Counted from the first letter of the whole stretch, positions 37,135 through 49,687 are shown. The stretch is DNA of 57,245 nucleotides, filler included, from Basidioascus undulatus (GCA_000826855.1; 4 parts of 4 records of this genome joined end to end with filler, not necessarily neighbours in it), one strand, 5' to 3'. The notes: a model not told the origin generated them from the sequence alone. Program-made: numbers and translations.

Positions 37135-38602
37135 GATCTGCCGTAAAGTAGAGCTATTGGACGCCGAGTCTTAAGAGCAAGGGGGGGATATAACAAGGGG
37201 GGGAGAACGCACGCAGCACGCAGGCGAGGGAGGGAAGGGCAGAGTTAAAATGGATGAGGCCTTGAGATGCTCGCGGACATGGTTTGATTGGACCGTCCTT
37301 ATGTTCTTTCCTTAAGGTTCCACGTCTTACTTCTGATTTATTTGGATCCTAAACCATGGTTAGCTAAGTAGTGCAGTTTCGCGTTCCACCTCCCCGTTTC
37401 AAGCGGTAGAGGATTTCTGAAAACCATTCCAGCCTGCAGGCACGGCGGTATTTGCTCCAGATTTTTATACTTGGTAGCTGCTTGGATTCATTCCAGCCTG
37501 TTCGAAAATCGTAAGTAAAGATGTGGCTTGTGCAGCAAATGAGATCCAACAATACAGCTTCGACGAAAGTAATGACAAGCTGAAGAGTAATGTCCAAAAT
37601 CACAACATGATATCTCTTAAAGAAGGGACACTTGCCGTCAGATGAAAGCGGGACTCCGGAGGGGGGTCAAATGTGAGAGGAACGAGGGAGAGTAGTGCCA
37701 TTGGTGAAAATGAGTCCGCTCAGTCATCTGCTGGTCTCCCGTCAGAACATCACTTACATCTGCAAAGAGGACCTCGGTCTGATAAGAGATTTATGAAAAA
37801 CCTTGCGTTGGGCTGGAAAGATAAGATACCGCGCTGCGGTTCTCGTGATGGTTCGCTTGAGGGAGCGATCGCAGGCGGTTCCCGAGGGTACGTCCTAGCG
37901 TAAAAATGAAGGCTGATGCAGTCGTTCGCTGGGTACATAAAACGATGAATGTAGTAACTTGGTGTGTCATGCGCAACGACTCACGCAACATCCACGCCTA
38001 TGTCTCCTGGCGACTCAGCCTGGTCCCCGTAAAGAATATCGGGACGCGCACGTGGCCTGACAACTTCGTATTTCTGCGGTTGATTTGCTTGGGTCTTGCC
38101 CAATGACAAGCCTCAATTGACCAGTTGGACCCCTCCCTCCTCCATGACAGTGAGTTCTTGCTCAACGATAGCGCATTCAAAGCCAGTCCTTCCTTGCGCT
38201 TGCTGAAGGAAAGCTGATCAGATGCCTACGCTCAGATAATACGCTTGACATATTGATAATTGATATGCCGTAAGGATGGTATGGGAAAGCCGTAGATGTC
38301 CTGGTCGATGAGCTGATTAGTGGTGTGTGGAGCCAGTCTATGATGACTCTAACACCTTCAGCGATGACTCTAACAGCCCTAGCAGTAGATCTGTGTTGTT
38401 TATGGAATCTCTCCACCTATGATCAATTCATTTATGTATATCACCTGCTCTGTTCTTTCTCGACTCTCGCGGCCTCAACTCCTATTCCATCCCCAGCCCT
38501 CCTCTCCCTTTTCGCCCCTCTAGAATGCTATTGAATCACAAGCTCGGAACAATCTTCTTGGGGAACTTTCACTGTGTTCTCTTACTCCTCAGTCTCATGC
38601 TG

Positions 38603-39580
38603 ATGGCAATGCTCCCGTACCACATGGGCCTCGAGTGACCTGCAGAGCACCCAGCTAACCATCTCTAGATCTTCAGGCCCGGACCCGGTGTGCCCGACGT
38701 CGATCCGCATCCCGCGACTAACGCCCTGGCAGACCAGATGCGCGAGCATCGCGGCGAAGGGTGACTCCTGCCGCTGGACAAGACGCTGCTAAACGCGCCG
38801 GAGATGCGAAGGTGCGTTTTCGGATATCTCATTCTTTGGTGTCCATCGCTGATTAGACCTCCACTTCGGTGCTTTACGGATAGGGCTGGGGATCCATGTT
38901 TTGGGCAATCCGGGAAAAGAACTCCCTGCCGCCAGATCTGCGGGAATTGATGGTGCGTAGGCTGAGAAGACACCTCCCGGTTTGCATCTAACAGGATTGC
39001 CTCCCCAGATTCTGCGGTATGTCTTGCATTTAATCCACAGAAACTTCCTTAAATTGCTCACCTTGCTTTCCCGTACTTAAGAGTTTCCGTCCTTAACCGT
39101 GCCGCCTTCGAGTGGCAGCAGCACGAGCGCTATGCTCGCGACGCAGGCCTTACCATCTCTTGCTCATCCGCGATCCCGCTTTCTCCCCTTTCGTTATCGA
39201 AACTCCGCCCGCTGACTTCCCGCTCTCGCGGCTCCATGTTGCGGCTCTGAAGTTCACGGACAGGAGCACGCGGGACGCGCATGTTCCCAATGACGAGTTC
39301 CAGGAGCTCAAGGGGTTTTGGGGGAATCAGCAGCTTGTGGAAGCGGCTGCTACCGTTGGAGGGTGAGTATTGTGTGCTCCCCACGAGGATTATATTTAGA
39401 CTGGCAATGTCCCCCGGCAGAAGATACAACATGGTCTCGGTGTGCAAGCGTCCATTCGTTCAATCCGTCCGGACCGCATTGACTTCTTCTTTTCATCCTC
39501 TCCCCCTGTACAGCGCTTCCTGATAGCCCTGATTGTCGAGTGAGTCGCTCCTTTTTCCGTATTACTCCAGGTCCTGCTGA
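38603..39580 (+). pseudogene. AhpD/carboxymuconolactone decarboxylase-like pseudogene
   Basis: LADQMREHRGEG*LLPLDKTLLNAP, LPPDLRELM|ILR|VSVLNRAAFEWQQH, VEAAATVGG|YNMVS|RFL. In-frame TGA at 38762-38764 and a frameshift after AGLT (~39152). Confidence 0.8.
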
Positions 39581-40401
39581 CAACGAGACCTTTGCAGCGG
39601 CGAAGCCGAACTCGCTGTCCCCATCCCGAGCCGCAAATGAGGGCTCTTCCAAAAGCTCAACTGGAGACAAGTCCGAAGTCACATTTTAGATATGGCTGCA
39701 CCACGAGAGATATACTTGAAGTTTAAATCCCATTTAATGCTTTCTTGGAAACCCTGATGCTCTGTGTGAGACTGAGAACGGGCTGTGCACTAAGATTGCG
39801 ATGCGAAGGATTCGATACGGGGTACAGGCAGCGTGTATCTGTGCTTGCACGTAGGGACCCCGGTCCACCAGTAAAAAAAAATTACAGAAGAATATGGAGT
39901 AGATCTCATGATTATGACTGTGGTAGACCTTGGGTATACCATCATGGCTGTATGACTGCTGTCTGACTTGACCATCGAACATTATGAGCTTTGAAGGCCG
40001 CTGCATCTGTCCAAGTCTCACGTAACCCGGACTTTCGAAACAAAATTTGTGTGGTTGTCAGTATACTTATAGACCACAGTTCATTTAGGATACAGAATCT
40101 GGTAAAACTGAGTCAAAAATTGGCGAAGGGCCGTAGTCTTCCGGGCGTTAGGTTGCATGCCATGCTCCAACACTCCAGCTCAGAGATGCTGTACTTGTTC
40201 AATATGTACCCACAATCATTATCTGAAACGAATTTCACTTCACGAAAAGATATTGAAAGACGAAAAGAAAACGCTGATGGAGCGTGGGAATCGTTTCGTA
40301 CTGACGTCTCTTTGAGGAGCGTCTTCTTACCTGCTGTTCGCTCTGCCGTTCCATCACCTACATTTCGCTAGAAGAAGCTCACAAAATCACACACTGATAC
40401 G

Positions 40402-41600
40402 ATGTCTTTCGAAGTACGAACTTACACGCCCCGACAGCAAGCCTCGAGGCGTCGCATGGTTTCTTCGAAACCCAGCGCGAGTCGTTCAAGGGTTGGGACT
40501 CGGCCCCGTCAGCCCGCGCAGCCACTTCGGTGATACGCAGGCGGATGTCCGTCCTGCGCTCACGGCGGTCGCCGAGGCGTCGAAAGTAAAAGACGCGCCG
40601 GCATGGATGGCCCTCGTGAAGGCGGGTGTCGTGGAGGCACTCTGTAAGAACGTGCTTGAGATGTGCACGTTCGTCGCAACCTTACCGGGTATGCCAGAAG
40701 ACTTGAAAAAGCAGGCCCTGGACTCCGTGAGTACTGCATTCTGTTTGCGCTAATGAGGCCATTCCAGCCCGATTAGGTTGGCATCATTGCCGGCTTGTAG
40801 TGCCTACACACGAGTCGTTGCTCGGTAAGTAATCCAGTTACTGATGTGCCCGTACCGTTCGCTATGTTCCAGATTCGATCGCCCTACTACGCCCGGCTCG
40901 AAATTCTTGGCAACGCCTCGGTCAACTTCTCCCAGCGGCCTTCCCCGACGGACAAGACGGTTCTCGCGCGCTTCGGGCGAAATGGTCGGAGATGATGAAG
41001 CCTGTGCGTCCTTCTCATCTACAGTCCTGTGCGCCAGCCAAATCGAAGCTGACACCATTGGTTCAAAGCTGTGGGAGGAGCCTGAGAACACGCTCAAGGA
41101 AGGGCCTTCGCATGTTCTCAGCGCATCGTCGTACCGCAGATGCTGGCAGTGCCAGAAGAAGTACGTACAGTCTTTCACTGCTCCGCGGTCGTCTGTTCCG
41201 ACGTCGAAATTGACGATGTTTGATTTTCTTCCTACAGAGACTTGAAGGAGCACAAAATGGTCTGCGGGTTCGAGAGGAAGGAGGGAAAGGATGGCCAGAT
41301 GGGCACCCTGGCGATGCCGTTCGCATAGGCGGGTCTTCAGGATGCGACGGGATGGACGCATGCATTGATTTCTCATCTGTCTCTGGTTGAACTCGACAGG
41401 AGAAGTCGAGCGTAGCGCTCGTTGGCGTCCGAATGGTCGAAGCGGCACAGACGGGCGAACTTGTCAAGGGGTAAATAATGTTCCATATTAACAGTCTCTT
41501 CAGTATTCCTGATCATATTTCCAGAAAGATGTTTGTAAAGCGCTTTCGGAAAGCTGGCAAGCATGGAAGTGGCACATCAACGCGGCTGCGCACCAGTCCC
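40402..41600 (+). pseudogene. Degenerate gene resembling basidiomycete MYND-finger-associated proteins
   Basis: Protein-like blocks (GDTQADVRPALTAVAEASK..AWMALVKAGV, IRSPYY..LEILGNASVNF, WEEPENTL) fall in different frames. ATG 40402 is out of frame with the next block. MYND assignment is from recall only. Confidence 0.45.
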
Positions 41601-42761
41601 GTATGATTGAGCGGGTCTCATCCGAGAGAAAAGTCGGAATGTCCAATGCTCGTTCCAGGGGGAAAAAAAAAAAGTGACACCGTGTTTCGCATCTCGTCAA
41701 AACAGGAATGTCGTTGCTCGGATCTCCTCAGAAACACCACATGCTGTTTCGCAAGACTCGTAGGACGCGCATAGACAAGTCCACTATCCGATGAGAAGTA
41801 CGGAGCATGCCGGCTTACCAAAGACACGCTGGGTTGGTCTCTTGTACCAAACATCTCCCCCTGCACACCAACCACCTGGCCCAAGGGCCAGCACGACAAC
41901 GACAACGAGCGTATCTCAGACGAGTATGCGCGAGCACCGGGACCCGTTGCTGGGAGCCAAGCTGCTCTTCCTACTCTTCATCCTCCTGGGAACCCTCTGT
42001 TCAGACAGCTTAATCAGCGGTACTGGACTATGCGTACAGCTTGCACGAGTTGGCCTGCACGCGCTGATCTTCGCTTGCACGTACGTCTCCCAGCAATGCT
42101 TCTCTGGGTGGGGGTATCCGCGTATGCTCGTGTATAGTGCAGTAAGTTCTGTTTCTGGAAACGCTTGAAGGACATCCTAAAGATGCTAATTGTGGTCAGG
42201 TTTTCATCGCCACTACCACCGCTCGGCACGGAAGGTGTCGAGCAGCCGGGAACAGCGAGACTACTGGAATCTACCTCCTTGCTGACAGCTTGAGTACACA
42301 ACACTGACAAGACTGCCCGGTATGTAGCTGGCCAGTGAATTTAGACACTTGTCATGTGCACTCTTCATGTCTCTTCAATGCTTATACCCCACATAGTAAC
42401 AGCCCAACGACCAGCACTCGAACCCGTTCGTGCTTCCTGCTGGCTGGACTCGAGCGCGTGCCAGATGAATTACCTCAAGCCACCGAATATCTTCTTACCA
42501 AATTCTGCGATGTCCCTGAATAACTACCTAATACTGCCTGCTTCTTGGTTCTCGACAGCTTTCACACTTCCTGAACATGTGGAAAGCCGAGCCCATCTGC
42601 TTTGCGGCTCGATTCGACAGGCATCCCGGCGCTACGTCTCGTTCAATCCTTCAATACTTCAATCACAGCTCAAATGCTCACAACAATCAACAATGCGTTC
42701 CACTCCTCCTACAACAACACTCTCCCTCATCCGCTATCTCGCGCCCTCCACCTCTCCCCGC

Positions 42762-45700
42762 TCAGACGCCGAGCTCCCCCCTGACCTCCTCCAGCCGCTT
42801 CTTCCAGCCGTCCACCTTTGCTAGCTTCTCTTCGATGGCCGCAATCTCCGCATCGACGGACATGCGCTGCTCGGCACCGCCAATCGTCTGGAGCTCGAAG
42901 TCGCCGTCGTCCGTGAGGCGGAGCAGGCGCGCGTGGTACTTTGCCAGCGTGAGGCGGTGCGAAATGGTGATGAGGGCTGCGGAAGGATGAGGAGGCTGGT
43001 CAGAGGGGGAAAGAAAAGACCGTCGCGAGGGGGAGGGAAAACGCACTGATTCCCAGGTCCTTCGCAGCCTCGTACATGAGACCCTCCACATCCGTGCTCA
43101 CAGCGCTAGTGCACTCGTCGAGGACTGCGAAGCTGGGGACGTGGTAGAGCATGCGGGCCATGTTGATCTGTTTTTCCCAACCGCCTTGTTACATCTCGCC
43201 TCTTATGGATGAAATCAGGCTGGGGAGAAGCAAGCCACGCGGCGTACCCGCTGCTTTTCGCCCCCACTTAAGACGTCCTTCCACTCCTTGATCGTGTCCC
43301 AGCCACCCTCGCGTGAGGGGAGGTATGCGAGATGCACGCGCTCGAGAATCTCGAGCAGGTCGTCGTCCGTCTTGCCCGCCGCGGCCATCTGCGGGTACGC
43401 GTGGGGGTAGATAACCCTGCGGGAACGGCGGCGGTAAGAACAGGTGAGGAACGGCGGATGATGGTGGCCAAGTGGAAAAAGGAGAAGGCCAAACGCACTG
43501 GTCTCGCAAGCTCCCAATTGAGAGGTACGGCCGCTGCGGCATGAACATAATGCTCTCTGGGACGTCCAAGCTGCCCTTCCACGCGGGCCACAGGCGCGCC
43601 AAGATCCTCGCAACGCCCTATCCGTTCCCACCATCCATCAGCTCCCTGCCAAAACACCGCGCAAGAAGAAAAGGAGCTGGCACCCACCGTCTTCCCGACG
43701 CCGTTCGAGCCCGTAATAAGGACATGCTCCCCCTTCTTAACCTCCAGGCTGAGCGCTCGAATGAGCTCCTCCCCGCCACGCTGGGCAGCGAGACCACCGG
43801 GAGGGGCGACGACGGGGACGTCCTGGATCTTGATGTGGCCTGCGTTCGCGTTGACGCGCCCGCGAACGGTCGTCATCTGGTACCACGAGTCGTCGTTCTC
43901 GGAGATGTCGGAGGGGCGCTCGACGGCCGGGTACGAGTTGGTGTCGAGCGCGTGCAGCGTCGAGATGAGGCTGTAGACGCGCGAGGTATACCCCGCGAGC
44001 TCGGAGATCTCTTTGAATGAGTAGAGGAGGCGGCCTAGGGCGGGGGAGAAGGGACATCAGACAGTTCAGCTTCGGCTGCCTTAACTGTGACAGACAGAGT
44101 AAGGACTTACCGCCAGCGTCCGCAAGCGCCAGCAGCAGTCGGCGATTGGCGATGTAGTCTGAGATCCACCGCAGGTAAGTCATCTCCCCATGCCCCTTCA
44201 ACACCTAAAGGAACGAGCGAAACGCACCCTCCGTCCGCTCGGCCACAGCGCCCACGTCCTTCTCGTCCATGCCTTCCGCGTCGACGCCGTCCGCGGAGGC
44301 CTTCTGCGCATGCGCGAGAGCCTGCGCCTTGGCGCGAATCTTGGGGTTGAGGAGAACGGGGATGGAGATGAGGCAGTAGCCGGCTGCGGACCTGCGTGGG
44401 AGGTGAAAGTGGTCAGTGCGATCTGCGAGAGATAGGGGGAGGAAGCAGATAGGTGATGCGGAAGCGAATAGATGATGGAAAAGGTTGAAAGCAAGAAACT
44501 ACCTACCAAGCATACTTGATCACGAAGTCCTCGGTCATGCTGTACGCGATGCGAATCTGGTTCCCCCACAGCTCCTCATTAGCCTCTTGCCTTTCCCTCT
44601 CCGATTTCTCTCTCGGCATGCGGACGCACTTTGAAGATCGCATTGCAATGCTTGATCAGCCGCAGATACGCCCCGCGGAGGATCCCGTACTCGCGGCCCG
44701 AGCCATTGTAGAACCTTATCCGAATCGAACGACCCACACAAGCGATGTCAGTGACATGAAAATGGCCAAGATGGAAAAATAATGCGGAGGGGAATAGAGA
44801 AGGTGGGAAAAGACGCACGCGACCTCCTCCGAGTTCGCAATGAGTCGCGCGTGCGCCGCGCGGAACTCTCCCTCCAGGCGCGCCTGGACGGCGCTGAGCT
44901 TGCCAAACGCGGGGGACAGGGACTTGAGTACTGGTGGCGAAATATCAATGTAACACAGCCAAGAGGAGAAAAAGACCGGAGGAAGAGAAAGACGCACTGT
45001 ACGCGGTGACGAAGTAGTTCGCGAACAGGCCGACGACACCCTTCGTCCCGAGAGACGAAGCAAGTTGGACGTTGAAGATGATCTAGATTCCCGTCCCCCG
45101 CACACAGTGAGAAACGAAGACGCTGGGGAGAGTAAAGCGAACGGGAACGCACGAGGTCCAGCAGCGGCTTCGAGACGTTCGAGTACAGGCTCGAGAGGGT
45201 GTCGCAGCTGTCCGTCCCACCCTCACATCAGCCGTCCATCCTCTCCTGCCCCTCAAGCATCCTATCTAGGATTTCCCAACTCACAAGCTTGCCAAATCGC
45301 TCGTAATAAACTGGTCCGCCCCTCCGCCGCCCACCTCCGCCGCGCCCCCGGCTTCGTCCGGGCGGGTTTTTGCAGGCGGGCCGACGACGCCGAGGTTGAG
45401 GAGCTTGTAGTAGTTGGGCGAGTTGGGCGAGAGATAGAGGTCGTCGACGTAGCGCGTTAGACGCGTCCGGAAGGCGAGGGAGAGCTTGGATTGGAGGAAG
45501 CGGATCTGGGTTGGGGGTGGGAGGGTTTGAGGGGGGGATAGAGGTGAGGAAAAGGCTAGGAAGGGCACACCATCGCGTTCGTATATGTTGAGGGGATCGC
45601 GAGGAGGAACCAGTATGCGAGACCCTGGAGGAAACCCTTCCCGTTCGCCGAAACCTGCAGCACGGATACCATGAGCGCCAGCTTCTTTTATTCGAACACT

Positions 45701-46390
45701 CTAAAAGTCAACTCACTAAATCCCTAACGATCTTCCCATCAAGCCTCGCCACAATCAAGCTCAACACGGTCCTCAGCACGAGGAACGCCGAGTGCAGTGC
45801 AACCATGCCCGCTTCCTTGCTGTTCCACCGCGGGATGATGATGCGCAGCAGCGCGCGGAGCTGTCTGATAAAGTCGGCGTTGACGCCCACCGTCCCGGAG
45901 GCCGAGGACGCGAGCGGGAAGTGCGCGCGGTGCGCGGCGTACGTCGAGGCTTTAGTTGGGCGGATGCGGACTTTCGAGATCCGGCCACGGTGAGGGACGA
46001 GGAGGTCGCGGGTCCCGTCTGTACGCGATAGGGTGAGTTGACGAGGAGCAATGGAAGTTGTCGTTGGGATCAGGACGCACCTGGATTCGGAATGTACCCC
46101 TCCATCTGCGCCTTCTGCAAGAAAGGCGTCGGGAGCGGGCTGTCCCATCACCTACGCGCTCAGCATCCCTCCTCGCGCTCAACGAAGCCCAGACACACTC
46201 ACGTCAAACCCGTACTCTTCGGCGTCTTCGCGCCCCCCTCATCGCTCCCCAGCAGCCGATTGCGGGCAAGGACGAGCACGACAAGCGCCGCGAGGAGGAC
46301 ATTACCCCGCCCCCCGCCTGCGCCGCCGGCGAGGAGCTTGTCGAGCGGAGGGGGGAAGCGCGACGACACCCGCGACTGGGCGTTGGTCAT
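42762..46390 (-). CDS. PXA1: Peroxisomal ABCD half-transporter (fatty acyl-CoA import)
   Basis: [18 protein letters not shown]-like [57 protein letters not shown], Walker [39 protein letters not shown]. Confidence 0.93.
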
Positions 46391-47591
46391 AGCCTCTATA
46401 TAAGTTTATTGCGCGACGTGATTGGTTATTGGAAAATGTGATGATGGTGGGACGAGAGAGACAGAGGAGGAGTGAGAGACGGTCTCCGGCCCGGCGATCT
46501 TGGAGTGCGGAGGGAGAATCACGTGAAATCTTTGGGTGCGATCATGATGCAGTTCTTGAAATGCTGAAGAAGGAGTAGTACAGTAGTACAGACGTTTCAT
46601 GGTGAATTCTTGCGTGTCTGAAAGTTTAGTTGCATGAGCGTTTCGGCAGTAAGTGAGCCAGAGGTGAAAGGAAAAAGCGGGCGATCGTCTAAAGTCGCTA
46701 TTTCAAAGTTCCATCTGTAGATCCGTCGTGGTCAGCTGGAACCGTCGATGTGCTCACCGCCGTGGAATAAGTGAAGAAATGTAATCTGGATGAACCTTGG
46801 ACAGCCATGGACGCCTGGGGCAGAGAGGGCAGACGAGGTTTGAGCCGCAACCACAGTCACGAATCACAAGGGGTCGGCGCTGGTGAGCTTTGCGGTAGAC
46901 AGGAAATGCGGACAAGCTCTATTGCCAGCATGCGTTCTGGATAAAAGTCCAAGGCAGCGCGCGCCAACAGTTGCCCAATCTACTACCAGTTGGGTATGAT
47001 TAAGGCTCGTTTGACGTTTGAAGCCTCGAGGCTTGGACGGCCCTTGCGTGTTTTCCTTTGACGATCCACGCGTTGTTTTCTCTCTCTCTTGTCGACGCAG
47101 CTCTCTTCCCCCCCCCCACTATCACCCGTGCCGGTCCTCTCCAAAATTTTGGACCGGAAGAAGGGTCCTTCATGCTAGAAAACTGTAGGGTGAACGAACC
47201 TCCCATCTCGGCATCTTGGTGTGCACAGCCGACATAGTGCACTGTCGCAATGAATCCTATCTCCTTTCCTTGATGTATTTCAAACCCCCTTCAAAAGCCG
47301 CCGAAGAACTATGAGCAGTCCCATTCAGGTTCCATTGCTCGCGCTCAGGCGGCGAGGCGTCTTCGATGCCGACCCATGCTCTGAGACAAATGGCAGTGCG
47401 GCAGTGCGACTGAATGCGAGCTTCGCAGCGGTGCCTGATCGCAGTTCTTCGCTGTTATGCGATGCTCTTCGCTCGCAACTCACTCATCTCTCAATTCATC
47501 CCTCTGCCCTACAGTCTCCTCTTTCTCAGTACACCGGTGTTCGAACAGCCAACCGACTTACCCACTCTCACCCCATCCGACATCCCTGGTC

Positions 47592-47974
47592 ATGCTGCTC
47601 GACGCAGTCTCCTCCTGGGTGCCCGGGCTAAAAGTAGCCGCGACCATCGTGATAGAAATCTGGAACACCTACAATGCGTTCGAGGAGAACAAGCACCAAG
47701 CTCATCAAGTTGCTGATGGGTCGTTCTTCTGCTTGCCCAAATTCCGTTGGGACCGCTCATCTGAGCTTCGGCGGACGCTGGAAGGACGTCCTTCTGGAGG
47801 TGAGTGCAAATATTGGGAAGGGCACGCCGATGGACTGGCGGGAGAGGGTGAAGCGGGTGGAAGTGGGCTCGAGCATCAGGCGGTTCTGCTAGGCATTTCA
47901 CTTTTGGGGAGCGAGTTGACTTTGGTCAGCGCTGCTGGTGTGGTCGCTCAAGACAGCTCGTTGAGCTCGAGCGG
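47592..47974 (+). CDS. 5' fragment with possible MLKL/HeLo-like N-terminal helical domain
   Basis: MLLDAVSSWVPGLKVAATIVIEIWNTYNAFEENKHQAHQ resembles N-terminal four-helix domains of basidiomycete kinases and NLRs. Downstream frame is ambiguous and cut by the contig end. Confidence 0.4.
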
Positions 47975-48074
47975 NNNNNNNNNNNNNNNNNNNNNNNNNN
48001 NNNNNNNNNNNNNNNNNNTTAATTAATTAANNNNNNNNNNNNNNNNNNNNNNNNNNNNNNNNNNNNNNNNNNNN
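47975..48074. other. Artificial contig spacer
   Basis: 44 N + TTAATTAATTAA (48019-48030) + 44 N. Confidence 0.99.
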
Positions 48075-48384
48075 TCGGCGCCCGGCCTCCCACGCGCCAG
48101 CACCCGCGCCTTCACCCGCCCCCGCCCCCGCTCCGCCCACGCCCACGCCGAGCGCGAGCGTGGGCTGGGGCGCGAGCCCGACCGCCTGGACGCCCCACCA
48201 CGTCGCCCAGACGAGCCCGACCGCGTTCCCTCACTCGCCGGTCGGCTCCGCGGGCGCGGGCGGGTTCGGCCATACACCTAGCCCGGCTATCTCCCCGTTC
48301 TACCACTCCTTCGGTAGCGCCGCCCACCGTGTCCAGCAGCAGCAGAAGCGCGCTGGCGGCAATGACTCCGAGGAGGAGCTGTGA
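48075..48384 (+). CDS. 3' end of a GC-rich gene (low-complexity tail)
   Basis: High-GC3 frame ending ...HRVQQQQKRAGGNDSEEEL*, followed by pyrimidine-rich UTR-like sequence. Confidence 0.55.
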
Positions 48385-49035
48385 TCTGTGATCCCTTCTT
48401 TTGCCGCAGTCGTCTTCCATCTTTTATCTCCGGGTTTCTTTCGCGCATCATCACAATCATCCGCTTCTTGGACTTTCATCATTTCACGACACATTCACGA
48501 CCCTCATCCGTCTTCCACCCTTTTCCGTTGCTTTCCCAAACACGCCCTTCATCGCACTTCCCCATCACCGAGCATCTTCTCTGCATCATCTCGTTCCATC
48601 CACGATCAACATCGCCTGATCCCTTCCGTTCACGCGCCTTCACGTCACACTTTGCATTCTCAGCACGCACCCATCTCACGGATGTGTCGGTCTTCTTGTC
48701 CCCGCCCGTACCCTTCACACGCTGCTTTCATGTATTAGCTCGCATTAGGTAGTTATTCTCCCCATCGCACCACCGTTGTTTCCGCGCGCCTTTTTTGGTT
48801 TGGCTATACACGTTCGTGGTGGGTTGATCAGCAATTATGCCCTTTGCGTGGATGCGTCTGCCTCGTGAGCCGCAGTCCTGCTGCGTCACCACTGCATTGC
48901 ATCGCGCGTCTGGTGTACAGTCATTTGTGGTTTAAGTATGTCAAGTGTATGCCAGCTGGATCAAACGGGCTCTGCACATGGCGCATCATTGATATCAAGC
49001 GACGGGTTGTCCGCCATCGAGGATGTCGCGCGAAG

Positions 49036-49687
49036 TCAAAGGCCAACCTCGAGCTCGGGCTCGTCGCCTCCTTCAAGCTCAACGTCAGGCTGCGAAGGAA
49101 GTTTCTTTCAGCCACTGGTTTTCAAGGAGCGAGTAACAGCTGAACCTTTACCTCGACCCCAAGGCCGAGCACACCGCCCTGGCCCCTCTCCTCGCTGTCC
49201 TCGTTCTCGTCCTCGTCCTCGTCCTCGTCATCACGCTTGAGGCCAACTTCAAGCTCTGGCTCGTCGCCTCCCTCGAGCTCGACCTTGGGCTGCAGGTAGG
49301 TTGCTTTAGTTGTGTCCTGAGACTATGAAAATGGAGCTAGCTAACTCTGGGCTTACATTGACCCCGAGCCCAAGCACTCCACTCTGGCCCTCGCTCTCGC
49401 TGGCCGCGGCCCTACCGTTGTCAATGCAAGTCCACGAGGCAGATGCCCAGCGATTATTGAGTAAAATGTATCAGTAAGAGCGGCTCACCGGATGGAGAGG
49501 TCGCTCAGCTTGCCGAACGCGACCTTGGCTGCCTGTGCGGGGGCGATGGCGGACGCTGGGAGTTGGACAAGAATGGGTCAGAGGGGTTGAAATAACATTG
49601 ATCTGTTAATTTGGAAGGCATGGAAGTTGTACCCAGGATGACGAGCAGGCCGAGGCCAGCGGCGATGGTGGGGCGGGGGAAGAACAT
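49036..49687 (-). CDS. Secreted Kex2-processed repeat protein (KEP-like), 122 aa, 5 exons
   Basis: Exons 49633-49687, 49489-49555, 49357-49411, 49152-49289 and 49036-49089, all GT-AG and in phase. Product MFFPRPTIAAGLGLLVILASAIAPAQAAKVAFGKLSDLSIRAAASESEGQSGVLGLGVNPKVELEGGDEPELEVGLKRDDEDEDEDENEDSEERGQGGVLGLGVEPDVELEGGDEPELEVGL. Confidence 0.85.

Noticed and set aside
38340..38378. Short direct repeat GATGACTCTAACA x2
   Set aside because: Only two units, consistent with local slippage; not CRISPR-like.
18553..47974. Oversized third contig as a ~20-kb mobile insertion (Starship-like) in a ~9-kb contig
   Set aside because: No tyrosine recombinase, transposase, terminal repeats or target duplication seen. 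Ordinary genes such as the rhomboid lie in the middle, and name-order concatenation explains the size pattern.
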